The notes under the pieces are model-generated. The model had not been told where the DNA came from, did not search any database, and worked only from the letters and a program-made list of their open reading frames with translations. Position numbers and translations under genes: made by a program. DNA of 64,000 nt, from NCBI GenBank assembly GCA_964016885.1, contig OZ024740.1, positions 237,522,001 to 237,586,000 of the forward strand. The letters run 5' to 3'. The stretch comes from Eledone cirrhosa. Lineage: Eukaryota. Shown here piece by piece: positions 11,915 to 23,862 of this stretch (positions are counted from its first letter, which is position 1; the number at the start of each line of letters is the position of its first letter).

Positions 11915-12283
11915 GAAACTGGAACACAATAGACCTGACCTGGTGGTTGTGGACAAAGAAAAAAGATCGTGCCTGATTGTAGATGTGGCCTGCCCATTCG
12001 ACACGAGAGTGCAAGAGAAGGAGAGGGAGAAAATTAACCGATACCAGGACTTAAAGTGGGAGGTAAAAAGGATTTGGAACTGCCATGAAGTCAAAGTGAT
12101 CCCGATTGTCATAGGCGCACTAGGGACTATCTCAAAAAGTTTCCAGGGATGGTTAAAGAAAATTGGCCCCTTCACGCTTTTTGGAACGCTTCAAAAGGCA
12201 TGCTTGCTGGGAACAGCAAGAACCCTCCGATACGTCCTGAATATCTGAGGCTGCAGGTAGTGGCTTGATATTAATTTCAACAA
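11911..12283 (+). mobile_element. 5'-truncated R4/Dong LINE fragment in (TAA)n
   Basis: KLEHNRPDLVVVDK..DVACP..RYQDL..LGTARTLRYVLNI, nearly identical to the C-terminus of 19982-23374. Directly follows (aat)n. Confidence 0.9.
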
Positions 12284-12715
12284 TGTTCGACTCAGCGTGA
12301 TTTTATTCCAATTGTGCGCTAACTGACCGAACACAAAAGCTTGTTTTTCATTATATTAGCTGGGCAGGTGAGACCTACCCTGTGTCCGGTCTTTTTAACC
12401 AAGATCTTGGCCTGCTTTATCTCCTCATTGGGGATGTGTACTCGTTCAACATTTTTGCGGATTTAGCGAAAGATGTGGTTGTGGTCTGTTGTGTTGACTC
12501 ATCGCTAGACTTGCCTTTGTTGCTGTTGTTGTTGTTGGTGTTCTTGTTGGCTGTTTTTTCTTCTGTGTTGCTGCTGTTACAGTTGTTGCTCCCTGGGTTC
12601 TTTATGGATGTTGCTTCTTTTATTGTTGTTATTGGGGTGGCGGTAGTGTCTGATCTTTCTAATGATGGAAAGCTTGTGCTGCTGCTGCTACTGTTCCAGT
12701 GGCTGCTGCCGCTGT

Positions 12716-15080
12716 TTTTTTTTTTTTTTTCCTTACCGCAGGCACCTGAGGATTACCCTCAGTAGCACTAGACTGGCATGTGGGAGACGCACGAGTTCAT
12801 CCATGCTGGAGCTGAGTTGGGGGTGATAACAATCTACCATCAAGGCCGAACATCTCATCCAAAGATGTTCAGAGGATTCTTCTTCCTCTCCACAGAGACG
12901 GCATGTGTTGATTTCTGCTTGGCCGATCATATGGAGCCATCTCCTTAATGACGTGTGATGTCCACTGCGGAAGCGGACGAGATCTTCCTATCTGCTTTGG
13001 AGAGAGTTTGCTCACTCTCTTCATTTGGGTGGCGGCTAAAGACTGATTGAAGATGTTGATGCTGGATCGGTGGTGGGCGAAATTCTCGGCGAATGACGGC
13101 GCGTCGGGTGGCGGCATCGATTGAACTTTCCAGTTGAGTAGATGCTGAGCCTTGTTTCGCCTGGGCGTCCGCCAGTTCATTCCCTTTGATGTTGCAGTGC
13201 CCCGGGACCCAGACAGCTGCTAAGCTTCTCCCCTTTGTGATTTTGTTAGCGATCCCTTGCAGCTCGGTAATGAAAGGGTCATGGGGGAAGGGGTTGTTGA
13301 CTGCTTGAACCAGCGAAGAATGTAGCAACGATGTGGTTTCGATCCAACGACTAGAACCCGACTGAAATGAATTGGGACAATCGGAGGCACTGATCGGTGG
13401 TGCTGCAGCCCTTTTTGAAACCAGCTTGCCAGGGACTAAGAATGGAGTGTTCCCCTAGCCACCAAGTTAACCGGTTCGCAATCAAACGCTCTAAGAGCTT
13501 CCCCATCGTTGAGGTTAGTGCAATTGGTCGATAACTCCCCACATCCGCCAGATCTTTCCCTTTTTTAAGAAAGGGAATGATAGTTGCCATTCGCCAATCT
13601 TGTGGGCACCAACTGAAATTTAGTAGGTCTAACAATGTTTTTAAGGCTGTTGGTGGTAGGTGTTTGAGGAGATCTGGTGCTATCTGGTCAGGACCAGCCG
13701 CTTTCCCGGCTTTTATTTGGTTCAATGCTTTCTGTAGTTTGTCGATAGAGAAGGCTGCTTCAATCTTATGTCTTGGTGAGTTTCGAGCACCCTGGATGTT
13801 GAGTCGTAGCTCCCGTACATCTTTCCTAGTGTTTTTATCTGGCTTTCTTCCGCTAACTGCGGCATACTCTTGAATGAAAGCTGCAGCCTTCGATCGGTCA
13901 CTAGCATGGGTCGCCCCTTTGTATAGTATGGACTTGCTGTTGTTAGCGCAGCCTTTTCCTGACAATGATTGAACTATTGACCAGGCCCTTTTACTATCTT
14001 TCGTCTCGGATATCGTCTGTAGGTGTTTCCTCCAGGCCTCCCTCTTGCACTCATCTGTTTTTCTAACCACCTCACGCGAGGTCTCCAAACACTCTATGCG
14101 ATTGTTCTGAAGATCTCGCCTGAGACGATTGCGTATTTTGATCAGACTTTTTAGCTCCGTTGTCATCCATAGGCATTCATTCTTACGGATGGCCTTCAGG
14201 GGAACTGCCACGGCTTCTGCCTTTTTAAGGAATGTGAGAAGTGCTGCCAATTTACTTGAGGGGGAGGCTTCATCGGAGACTTTGTTAATTCCCTCTTCAA
14301 CAAATTCCCGGAATTTTTGCCAGTCTGCTTTTTGATAGTTTCTCTGTGGTTTCTGTCGTGGTCGTTCTACCTGAAGATTGACACCCCAGTGGATAACGAT
14401 TGGAAGATGATCTGAGCCGAGATCATTCATAGTATACCATGAGAATTGGTTGACTGAGTCTAGATCTACTACTGTAAGATCTGGTGCACTTATTCCTGCT
14501 CCCTGTTGGTATCTCACAGCTCGCGTCAGGGTTCCATCATTTAGAATGGATTTAGAGTTGTCTTCAAGCCAGTTGATAATATCTGAACGGCGGGTATCAG
14601 CTTTTGCAAACTGGTCCCACGTCGAATGGTGAGCATTGAGTTCTCCGCAGATAATTTCTCGTTTGTTTGATAGGTTGTTGATCCAGACGTTGTTATTCGA
14701 CGGCTGTTGGGCACGGCCAGATTTCTGCGGGGGCCGTTAGGCGTTTGTGACAGAAAACTAACATCTACTGGTTAGGTGGATGACAATCCGTTGTTGATCC
14801 AGGGGGGTTGTGTTCACATGCGGTGGTACTGAGTACTGTATGCCCTGCCGGATGTAGATCATCAGTCCACCGCCATGGTGGTGTAATGTACCGCTGCCTT
14901 GCCGGTCCTGCCGAATTGCATCATAGCCATCAATTGTTAAGGTTGGATCTTCATGCCCTAATTTGGTTTCTTGGATAGTTGCAACGTCTATATTGTGTTT
15001 CAATACGAACTCTTTTAATTCTATTATCTTGGATGGAAGGGAATCTGCATTCCATTGTAAAAATTGGAGCTTACGTACAG
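12716..15080 (-). mobile_element. I-group (Ingi/Nimb/I-like) LINE: APE, partial RT, RNase H, CCHC; RT core deleted
   Basis: LQWNADSL..IQETKL, GSDHLPI, KAAGPD..SYRPIALTS..QAGF, WVPGHCNIKGNELAD (RNase H), CRLCGEEEESSEHLWMRC, A-rich 3' end. Flanked by CAG/CAA-rich sequence. Confidence 0.8.
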
Positions 15081-15537
15081 TCGTTCTTGGTATTTGTGTA
15101 TATACTGTCGTCGGTGTTGTTGTCATCACCACTGCCACTGTCACTGCTGCTGCTGTTGTTGTGGTGATGACTGCTGCTGTTTCTGTTGTTTTTGCCTTTG
15201 CCTTGTGATTGGACGGAATTGGTTGGTTCTACCCTCTGAACACCCCGCTGTTCCTCCCCGTGGACAATTTTTTACGTCTACCATGAATTTTTTAAACAAA
15301 AATTTACGGCGTATGATTGTAAATAAGTACAAATTCAGCCCTTAAGGGCGAGAGATACAGTTAAAAACGACCTCCTTTGAAAGAGGGCTTCTTTAACTAC
15401 ACACCAATGTAAAAATTACTATATAAAATTTTCGATAAATTCATAAAATTCAACTGACTTACTCCGTCGTAGTTACAATCATCTCGAGAGATTCAGCACA
15501 TAATAATAATAATAATTGTTTCTAAATAATAATAATA

Positions 15538-15950
15538 ATGAAATTAGAACACAATAGGCCTGACCTGGTGGTTTTGGACAAGGAAAAAAGATTGTGCCTG
15601 ATTGTAGATGTAGCCTGCCCATTTGACACGAGAGTGCAAGAAAAGGAGAGGGAGAAAATTAACCGATACCAGGATTTAAAATGGGAGTTAAAAAGGATTT
15701 GGAACTGCCATGAAATCAAGGTCGTCCCGATTGTCATAGGCGCACTAGGTACTATCTCAAAGAGTATCCAAGGATGGTTAAAGAAGATTAGTCCAGCCCC
15801 GCTTTTTGGAATACTTCAAAAGGCATGCTTGTTGGGAACAGCAAGAACCCTCCGATACGTCCTGAATGTCTGAGGCTGCAGGTAGTGGCTTGATATTTAT
15901 TTTAACAAACTTTCCAGTTAACTAACATCAATGACTGAGACTCAAAGAAC
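15538..15950 (+). mobile_element. 5'-truncated R4/Dong LINE fragment in (TAA)n
   Basis: ORF 15538-15873 is the RLE C-terminus. The 3' UTR matches 19906-19981. (AAC)n/(AAT)n tail. Confidence 0.9.
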
Positions 15951-15971
15951 AACAACAACAACAACAACAAC

Positions 15972-16006
<35 letters not shown>

Positions 16007-16011
<5 letters not shown>

Positions 16012-16126
16012 TTTTCTTTATTAACCACAAGGGTTTACATAAAGTAGACATTAAGGACAGTACAGGACAATACAGGACGGTACAAATGGGCATTTCTGCG
16101 TGTAAAAAAAACAGAGGATGTAATAA

Positions 16127-16127
<1 letters not shown>
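16007..16127 (-). mobile_element. 3' tip of the Tx1-like LINE, inserted in the same (TAA)n tract
   Basis: Reverse complement matches ~30075-30189 (tttattacatcctctg...aaacccttgtggttaataaagaaa). Confidence 0.85.
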
Positions 16128-16157
<30 letters not shown>

Positions 16158-17224
16158 CTTTTGAAAAAGATTTTCAGAACTTGCCTTCATTTGGTAAACA
16201 AGACAGCAATATATGTAGCTGTCAATACAACAAGGTGTAGTTTACAAAGATTCCATTAGGTTCAATGTACAGCTGGAGGCATAGATAACGACAACAGGTT
16301 TAGCAAATATAGAAATTATTAAATGAAGTAATTAATTTGTTATCTCTACGATGAGTTTTAATTCAGTCAGCATAGAGCAATAGCACATTTAATTTTGTAG
16401 AGTGTAACATTAGATTTATAAACAACAAAATCAACAGCAACAACAATATTAACACCACCACCACCATCACTACCACTACAGAAACAACAACAGTAAGAAT
16501 AAATATTGATTGGTTGATATCACGCCTTTCACAGAATGTTTTTACTATGGAAATTTTATGTTATGCTAATTCTGTTTGCTGCACACAACACTGCATATCA
16601 AATAGAATGTAATATTGTATGGGGTGTACAGTTGTTATAATAGTAATTTAGACTCAGGGAAGCCTTTGGCAGAGTAGATCTATGATCAAAGGCATTTCAG
16701 TCACAACTGTCTTGAATATTCTTCTTTCTTAAGATGATAAAGTGCAATTTAAAGGAGATATAGCTGCTATTTCCAGTAGAGAAAATGACCACGTAGATAG
16801 TCCCTCATTGGCCTGATAAGGGTAGTGAACAGTGTGCTAGGCATCTCGTGTGTTATGTATAGCTTATTTTTCGCACCAGATTAGACAATACTCAGAAGAT
16901 TAAAGGCATTTCAGACTTGACCATACATAACAGTATAAAACTTTTAAAAACACCATATTTAGGGGAGATATTAATACAAATTTCAAAAACTAGAACCCCT
17001 ATGGATCAAGCTATTTCTACCTGAGCCATTAATCTTCTGTCTACAAAACCACAATAAACAGTAGAAAATACAAAACAGTGCATTACACTGCACAACTAGT
17101 TGTACAGATCACCTACACAACAAAACAAAGAGCTAAAAATAAACATCTTCTTCAACATATAATGGACACTATTTGTTACTGGAGCCAGCTTCAACATCCA
17201 CAGTCCTTATCACTACACAAAAAT

Positions 17225-17500
17225 TCACATCTGAGCACCCAAACACATAAAACACACTAAAGAATTACTGTAGGGCCTGTTAGTTAGGGCATTGGATTTA
17301 CGATAATAATGTAGGTTTAAATCCTGTACCATGTGGTGCATTGTGTTTTTGAACAAAACACTTGATTTCCCATTCACTCTGTTGAAAATTACTACCATCA
17401 GTAGCTGGTGGTTAACCTTGTGATGAACTGGCATCCTGTCCAGGAAGACTTGTACTCATAGTCACTTAATGCCAATGAAACCGAGAAAATGATACTTGGG
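17225..17500 (-). mobile_element. Degenerate tRNA-SINE sequence
   Basis: gttagggcattgg..ggtttaaatcc..tgttttgaacaaaacact resembles the SINE head at 18522. Highly diverged, and the orientation is uncertain. Confidence 0.35.
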
Positions 17501-18521
17501 ACAGACTTTAATATTTTTTTAGAGTACTTTTACAACACCCTAAAAATACTACAACTTCCACAAGCATCAACATAGATAGCTGCAATACAGATAAAAATGA
17601 ACACTGTGTTGGGATGACACCAAGTGCAGAGGAGCAGTAACTGTTTCACAATAATGATGTTCACATTACTCATGTCCATTGTGACCACCAACAGAATTTA
17701 CAGACATGCTGAAATAGACTGGGCAGTGAAGGGTGTCCAATATTCCCAGACTGTCATACTGCACCCAATATGATTTGTCACTGCATATTGGAGTGTTCAG
17801 TATGGTCTTCAGTAAGATAGAGACATGGTATAGCAGGGAATATGGATCTGTGGTTTGTGATTTATCATTTGTCCAACAACCTGCATGACATAGGACTGCA
17901 AAATTAGAACTGACCAGGTGCTACACAACAACATCATTCTATTCTAAACCACACCAACAATAATTTCCCACAGTGTACTATGCTAATTACCTGCCATCTA
18001 CTCATAAAATCAAACTACTTAACATCATAAGAAACAACATGTCAAACCTATATATTATAGAATACAAGAACAACATTTATAAAAATTACAATTTCTCAAA
18101 TGTAGCATCATGAAGATTTGTCCCTTGCTATATGACCTTCCTACACTTCCAAATACATACAGACTGCATCATTCATATTCTGACTTAGATTGTCCCACCA
18201 TTCATTTGACACTACTGTACAACCCCTTCAACCCTACTTAAATCACCCAAATGGAGCATTATAGAAATTTGTCCTCCACAACAAATGGCTTAAAGTAACA
18301 TCAACTAAATCCACTGTCTTCTTACAAAAACACCAGAGGACATCAAGTACAACCAACCATCATACTTAACAACACATGCCTACCACATGTACAGAATACA
18401 AAATGAAACTGTTCCACACATTCACAATACACATAAAAGACAGTAGAGAAAGCTAAATGATGCACAGATACTGCTTTTTGTCAACAGAATGTAACAACAA
18501 TGATGTACAAACCCACCAAGG

Positions 18522-18810
18522 AAAGCACATGGCTTAGTGGTTAGGGTGTTTGGCTTATTAATGCAAGGTCAGGAATTCAGTTCCCAGTGCTTTATTGTGT
18601 TCTTCAGCAAGACACTTTATTTCAATTGGCAAAAATCGGTTGTCCCTGTAATTCACAGAGCCAGCCTCATCATGCATTGTGTAATGCTGAATCTCTCTGA
18701 GAATTGTGTTAAGGGTACATATGCATGTAGAATGCTTAGCCACTTGCATGTTAGTTTCATGAGTAGGCTGTGCTATTGATCAAATAACTGGACCAGTTGT
18801 CATCAGAACC
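18522..18810 (+). mobile_element. tRNA-derived SINE (second family), diverged
   Basis: gcacatggcttagtggttagggtgtttggc...ggaattcagttcccag...cttcagcaagacact. Confidence 0.6.
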
Positions 18811-19139
18811 ACAAGCCTACCTATCTTGAACAACAGAGATCTCTATCTCAGAATATCAATGACTTACTTACAGAGAAGCTTTTGACCACGAGGCACGAAA
18901 AGGATGATACCCTTCACTCAAAAGGAGTAATACTCATGCTGTTTAAGGATGCACAGAGGGCCCCAATTTCCTAGGAGCCAACAGATCTTTATTTCAACAA
19001 TTTCCGAAATAAGCAAAATGGAAAGAATTGGAGTCTATTTGAAATAATTGCACAGGTCAAGAGGGCTTGGAAAACATATATTAATAGTCTGTACTCTCCA
19101 GGAGCTGAAATACAAAATAGAATTTGTACCATTGTATTG

Positions 19140-19370
19140 GGAGCTGGATTGGCAATATCAGTACAGAGTCAGACAACATGCTTTACAGCATAGAGTTACA
19201 TCTTTTTAAGTTCTGAGTTCAAATCCTGCTGAGGTTTAGCTTTGCTTTTCATCTCTGCAGGGTGAATAAAATAAAGTACCAGAAGAGCACTGGGGTCGAT
19301 TTAATCGATTTCCCCTTCCCCCAAAACCGTAAAACTGTTGGCCTTGTACCTAAATCAGAAACCATTATTG
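19140..19370 (+). mobile_element. Diverged tRNA-SINE copy
   Basis: ttggcaatatcag..ctgagttcaaatcc..ctttgcttttcatc..taaaataaagtaccag..ggccttgtacctaaatcagaaaccattatt. Confidence 0.75.
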
Positions 19371-19869
19371 TATTGGGAGATGATTATATAGAATGTGTAG
19401 GTTGTACTATAGAATTGAAAGTGTTTTTATTAGAATGTGTACGGTGTCTAGAAGTGTTATTTTGGTGGGATTTTTTAATGTTTTTGTTCCAATTGTTTTT
19501 AAAGTATACAATTATACATAGTGAACCATTGTTATTGATGTGTAACTACAATGTCATTGCTTATAGGTTTCCAGTGGACCAATTATTGGTTCATAGCATT
19601 TCTAATGGCTAGAGTGACAAAGAAATATCTTACTATTCAGAACAAATACCTCAAGGCCATAAATTGTTTTTTTCTTAATGAATATTGTGTTTGGGATGAA
19701 TGTTCCAGTTGTTTGATCAACAGTACAACAAATGAGTTTGGGATTAAGCAGTCAGCACATGTAGATGGTTATTGTACAGAAATATATGTTAAAGAATGAA
19801 CTCTCAATAAATTTCTTCTTCTGACCAAATCTTCCTGCCTAGTTATTCCTGTTTTTCCTGGTACCATAC

Positions 19870-19901
<32 letters not shown>

Positions 19902-19905
19902 GTTA

Positions 19906-22900
19906 TTCCTTGAATCTCAGTCATTGATGTTGGTTAACTGGAAAGTCCGTTGGATTGAATATCAAGCCACTACCTGCAGCCTCAGATATTCAGGACGTAT
20001 CGGAGGGTTCTTGCTGTTCCAAGCAAGCATGCCTTTTGAAGCGTTCCAAAAAGCGTGAAGGGGCCGATTTTCTTTAACCATCCCTGGAAACCTTTGGAGA
20101 TAGTCCCCAGTGCGCCTATGACAATCGGGATCACTTTGACTTCATGGCAGTTCCAAATCCTTTTCACCTCCCACTTTAGGTCCTGGTATCGGTTAATTTT
20201 CTCCCTCTCCTTCTCTTGCACTCTCGTGTCGAACGGGCAGGCCACATCCACAATCAGGCACGATCTTTTTTCTTTGTCCACAACCACCAGGTCAGGTCTA
20301 TTGTGTTCCAGTTTTTTGTCCGTCTGTATCCTAAAATCCCACAGCATCTTCACCTGACTGTTCTCCATCACCGCCTCTGGCCTATGCTCATACCATTTCT
20401 CAGAATGTGGTAGATTGTTTACTTTGCACAAGTGCCAGTGGATCACCCTGCCCATCACATCGTGTCTCCAGCCCTTATAGTGGGTCTGGGCTAGGTGTTT
20501 ACACTCGGACACAATGTGAGCCACAGTCTCCTCTCTCTCTCCACAGATCCTGCACAGTGGGCTAGCCTCCTCCTTGTAGATATGGTGCTTCAACCACTTC
20601 GTTTTGAGGGCCTGCTCCTGCGCAGCCATTAGCATTCCTTCTGTAGCCTTTTTGAGGTCTCCTCTTCTCAACCAGTTCCATGTCTGTGGATCTCTAAATT
20701 CAGTTTTCTCAAAGAAGGTACTATGAAGGGATTTTCCCTTAAGGCTGCTCTTCCTCCTTGATGTTATTTCCTCCTTGGACATCCCCTGGCCTACTGTCCC
20801 CTCCTTCAGTACAGTTCTGAGCATTGGCTCCTTACTATAGGTCACGTATTTGTATAGGTTGTTTTTCTCCATCTGAACACAGTCCTCTATGCTGATAAGA
20901 CCTCTTCCACCCTCAGATCTCCTTAGGTAGAGTCTATCGACATCACTCCTCTTGTGGAACATGTTGTAGATAGTCAATAGCTTCCTAGTCTTCCTATCCA
21001 TTTCTTTTTGTTCAGCAACATTCCATCTCAGAATTCCCGCACTGTACCTAATAATAGACACAGCTCGGGAATTTACTGCGCTTATGGCATTTCTGCTGTT
21101 CAGATGTGACTTCAATACGCTCCTTACTCTCCGAATGTATTCAGTTCTTAACAATTCCTTCATTTTTTTGTTCTTTATGCCATCAGCCTCCAGAACGCCC
21201 AAATACTTGTATCCTTCCTCAGAGTCAATTTCCTTTATCATCTCACCTGTTGGTATCTGGATCCCGTTACTTCTGCTCAACCTACCCCTCTTCATCACAA
21301 TGACTCCACATTTACCAATACCAAACTGCATACATATATCACTGCTGAAAATACGGACAGTGTCAACAAGCACATCCAACTCCTTCTCACTTTTCCCGAA
21401 GAGCTTAAGATCGTCCATGAAGAGGAGGTGATTGATGGTAAGCTCTCCCCTTCCCAACTTGTATCCTGCTCTCACTTTTCGCAGCATAATGGTCAAGGGC
21501 ATCAGGGCAAGGACAAACAACAGAGGGGACAGGCTATCTCCCTGGAAGATACCTCTCTTGATCTTCACGCTTCCCAAGGATACTCCAGTTGATGTCAACT
21601 CTGTCTCCCAGGACCCCATACTCCTGCCCAGCAACTGTCTGGTGTTATCTGCCACCCTGAAGATCTCCAGGCTTTTGGTGATCCAGGAATGAGGCACCAT
21701 GTCAAATGCCTTTCTGTAGTCTATCCATCCCATGGCAAGATCAGTGTGTCTCCTCCTGCAATTCCACATTACCATCTTATCAATAAGCAACTGGTCCTTT
21801 GTACCACGTGACTTCTTTCGGCATCCTTTCTGTTCGTCCGGTAACAAGTTGTTTGTGTGGAGGTGATGGTAGATTTCCTCAGACACAATGCTCGTCAACA
21901 GTTTCCACATTACGGGCAGACATGTGATAGGTCTATAGTTGGTAACATCATTACCCTTGATTCGGTCTTTCATTATCAGAACTGTGGTACCTTTTGTCAA
22001 CCACTCTGGCACCTCACCCGACACCAAGCAGTCATTGAACATGGCCGTCAGCTTCGGGTGGAGGGATGTTAAATGTTTAATCCAATACCCCTGCACACCA
22101 TCTGGGCCTGGTGATTTCCAGTTGGTTAGTTTTTTGGCTTGCCCCTTAAGAGTTTCAACTGTGATACTCAAATCAGTCTGTTGTTGTGCCTGCTCACCGA
22201 TCTCCCTCTGTACTGTCTCAATCCACCCTGCCTGGGCATTGTGTCTAACATCCTGCTCCCATATTCCTCTCCAGAATGTTTTAGCTTGTTCCGCCCCAGG
22301 GATCAAGTCGTTGCCTCTTTCTTTCCCCTCAAGCTGTCCAAACAGCATCTTCTGGTTGTTGTCGAACATGCGGTTCTGTTTATACTGACTGACTCTGTTC
22401 TCGTATCGCCTGATTTTGGCACTCTTTGCTACAATGCGTTGCTTCAATTCCTCTATGATAATATTTAGCTTTTTACTCCTAGTTTTGTATTTTATTTCCA
22501 GTCTATTTTTAGTGCCTATGTTTTTTAGTGTCCCATTCAGTAGTGACTCAAGCTTTCCTATGTCATTTCTCATTTCCCCGATTTGCCCACTCAGTCGCTT
22601 CTTCCACCACGGTTCTGCTCTTTCTTGTCTGTTGTTTCCTCTCGCTTTTATACCAAGTAGTTTCCTCACCGTATTTGCTGTTGCTTTGAGGATATTGTTG
22701 CACTGGTGAAGGCTCCTCGCCTCAAGGTATGGGATGACTTTGTTTACCTTAGCTGTTGTTTCTTTTAACTTTTTCCTGTCTACAAATCTTAGGTTCATAG
22801 GTCTCCCACTATCATTGTTCAATTCATCTACCACTAAATTTAGGATGTCAACCGAATCTTGTCCTAGCCCGTCAGCATTCATCTCCTCAGTGGCCGTATC

Positions 22901-23815
22901 TCTGTTCCAGGTATTATTTATCTCAGTATTCAGATCATTGTCTGCTTCGGGTGGTTCCTCCGTTCTCAGGACCTCCTCACCTTCATTTCCCACCGGCTCG
23001 CTTGTCTGGCATACTACACCCGCCATCTCCAAGCCATTCTCTCTGCTCAGTTCCTCCAGTTCCAGCTCGCTTATCCACCCATTAGTTCTTATTACCCGAG
23101 CCTGCCCGGCCAATTTTTGTTCATCTAATTTAAATAAACCAATCTCGTTCCAGATGTTATGCATCCGTCTCCTGTAGCCCCTCTCCTTGGGGTTACTTTT
23201 CAGGTAGCATTGCATAACAGTTCTATTCAATACTTTCGTCCAGTTGGTTCTGGCCCCTTTCCTTCTTCTTCTTCCTCCAACATCAGCAGTATTTGGTTGA
23301 CAGTCAGGTTCCTGCTGCTGAGCCAGGGGGCACCTGTTGGGTGAGAGTCTGTCACATGACGTTCTAGTCTCCATTTCACCGTTATTCGAACTGTTTATGT
23401 TCGATATTTAAACACTCTTATCGAGGATTGGCGAATGTATGTTTACATAGCCATCTGTGGATCCGCCATCCCACTTGGCCCTTGTGTGGCATTATCACCA
23501 CGCTGTATACGAACACACATAAACAAACAAACACACGGGCAGAAAGGGCCCCAAAAATGAATAAGCATAAGTTTCATTGTAATGTAGTATTCGAATGTCT
23601 GACTTAGTTTTTGTTTTTTAAGTTTTACTTTTTCCCCCCTCTTCTCTGTCCGTCCGCCTGCTTCTCTCTTCATTCTTATTTTCTTTACGTTTTTGGGGTT
23701 TCTTTTTTTGTTTTTGTTTTTCTCTGTTTGTTTTTCTCGTTTTTGCTGTTGTTGCTGTGCTGCTTTGGTTTTGTTGTTTGTTTCTTCTTTTTTCTTTTGA
23801 GTCTATCTATATATA

Positions 23816-23816
<1 letters not shown>
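19906..23816 (-). mobile_element. Apparently full-length R4/Dong-clade non-LTR retrotransposon in (TAA)n
   Basis: Single uninterrupted ORF, ~440 nt 5' leader, short 3' UTR. (tta)n tracts at 19870-19901 and 23817-23860. Confidence 0.92.
19982..23374 (-). CDS. R4/Dong polyprotein: N-terminal Myb-like region, RT, CCHC knuckle, restriction-like endonuclease (1130 aa)
   Basis: WKSPGPDG, NYRPITCL, DYRKAFD, QGDSLSP, LFMDDLKL, YKYLG, CRICGEREETVAHIVSEC, RHD, NRPD..D..K. No stop or frameshift. Confidence 0.93.
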   Translation of the reverse strand: METRTSCDRLSPNRCPLAQQQEPDCQPNTADVGGRRRRKGARTNWTKVLNRTVMQCYLKSNPKERGYRRRMHNIWNEIGLFKLDEQKLAGQARVIRTNGWISELELEELSRENGLEMAGVVCQTSEPVGNEGEEVLRTEEPPEADNDLNTEINNTWNRDTATEEMNADGLGQDSVDILNLVVDELNNDSGRPMNLRFVDRKKLKETTAKVNKVIPYLEARSLHQCNNILKATANTVRKLLGIKARGNNRQERAEPWWKKRLSGQIGEMRNDIGKLESLLNGTLKNIGTKNRLEIKYKTRSKKLNIIIEELKQRIVAKSAKIRRYENRVSQYKQNRMFDNNQKMLFGQLEGKERGNDLIPGAEQAKTFWRGIWEQDVRHNAQAGWIETVQREIGEQAQQQTDLSITVETLKGQAKKLTNWKSPGPDGVQGYWIKHLTSLHPKLTAMFNDCLVSGEVPEWLTKGTTVLIMKDRIKGNDVTNYRPITCLPVMWKLLTSIVSEEIYHHLHTNNLLPDEQKGCRKKSRGTKDQLLIDKMVMWNCRRRHTDLAMGWIDYRKAFDMVPHSWITKSLEIFRVADNTRQLLGRSMGSWETELTSTGVSLGSVKIKRGIFQGDSLSPLLFVLALMPLTIMLRKVRAGYKLGRGELTINHLLFMDDLKLFGKSEKELDVLVDTVRIFSSDICMQFGIGKCGVIVMKRGRLSRSNGIQIPTGEMIKEIDSEEGYKYLGVLEADGIKNKKMKELLRTEYIRRVRSVLKSHLNSRNAISAVNSRAVSIIRYSAGILRWNVAEQKEMDRKTRKLLTIYNMFHKRSDVDRLYLRRSEGGRGLISIEDCVQMEKNNLYKYVTYSKEPMLRTVLKEGTVGQGMSKEEITSRRKSSLKGKSLHSTFFEKTEFRDPQTWNWLRRGDLKKATEGMLMAAQEQALKTKWLKHHIYKEEASPLCRICGEREETVAHIVSECKHLAQTHYKGWRHDVMGRVIHWHLCKVNNLPHSEKWYEHRPEAVMENSQVKMLWDFRIQTDKKLEHNRPDLVVVDKEKRSCLIVDVACPFDTRVQEKEREKINRYQDLKWEVKRIWNCHEVKVIPIVIGALGTISKGFQGWLKKIGPFTLFGTLQKACLLGTARTLRYVLNI

Positions 23817-23860
<44 letters not shown>

Positions 23861-23862
<2 letters not shown>

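Noticed and set aside
20055-23344. Plus-strand ORFs overlapping the Dong ORF
   Set aside because: Antisense shadows of a long coding region with no recognisable domains.
23375-23816. HDV-like ribozyme in the Dong 5' leader
   Set aside because: I could not build the nested double pseudoknot by eye. This needs a descriptor search.
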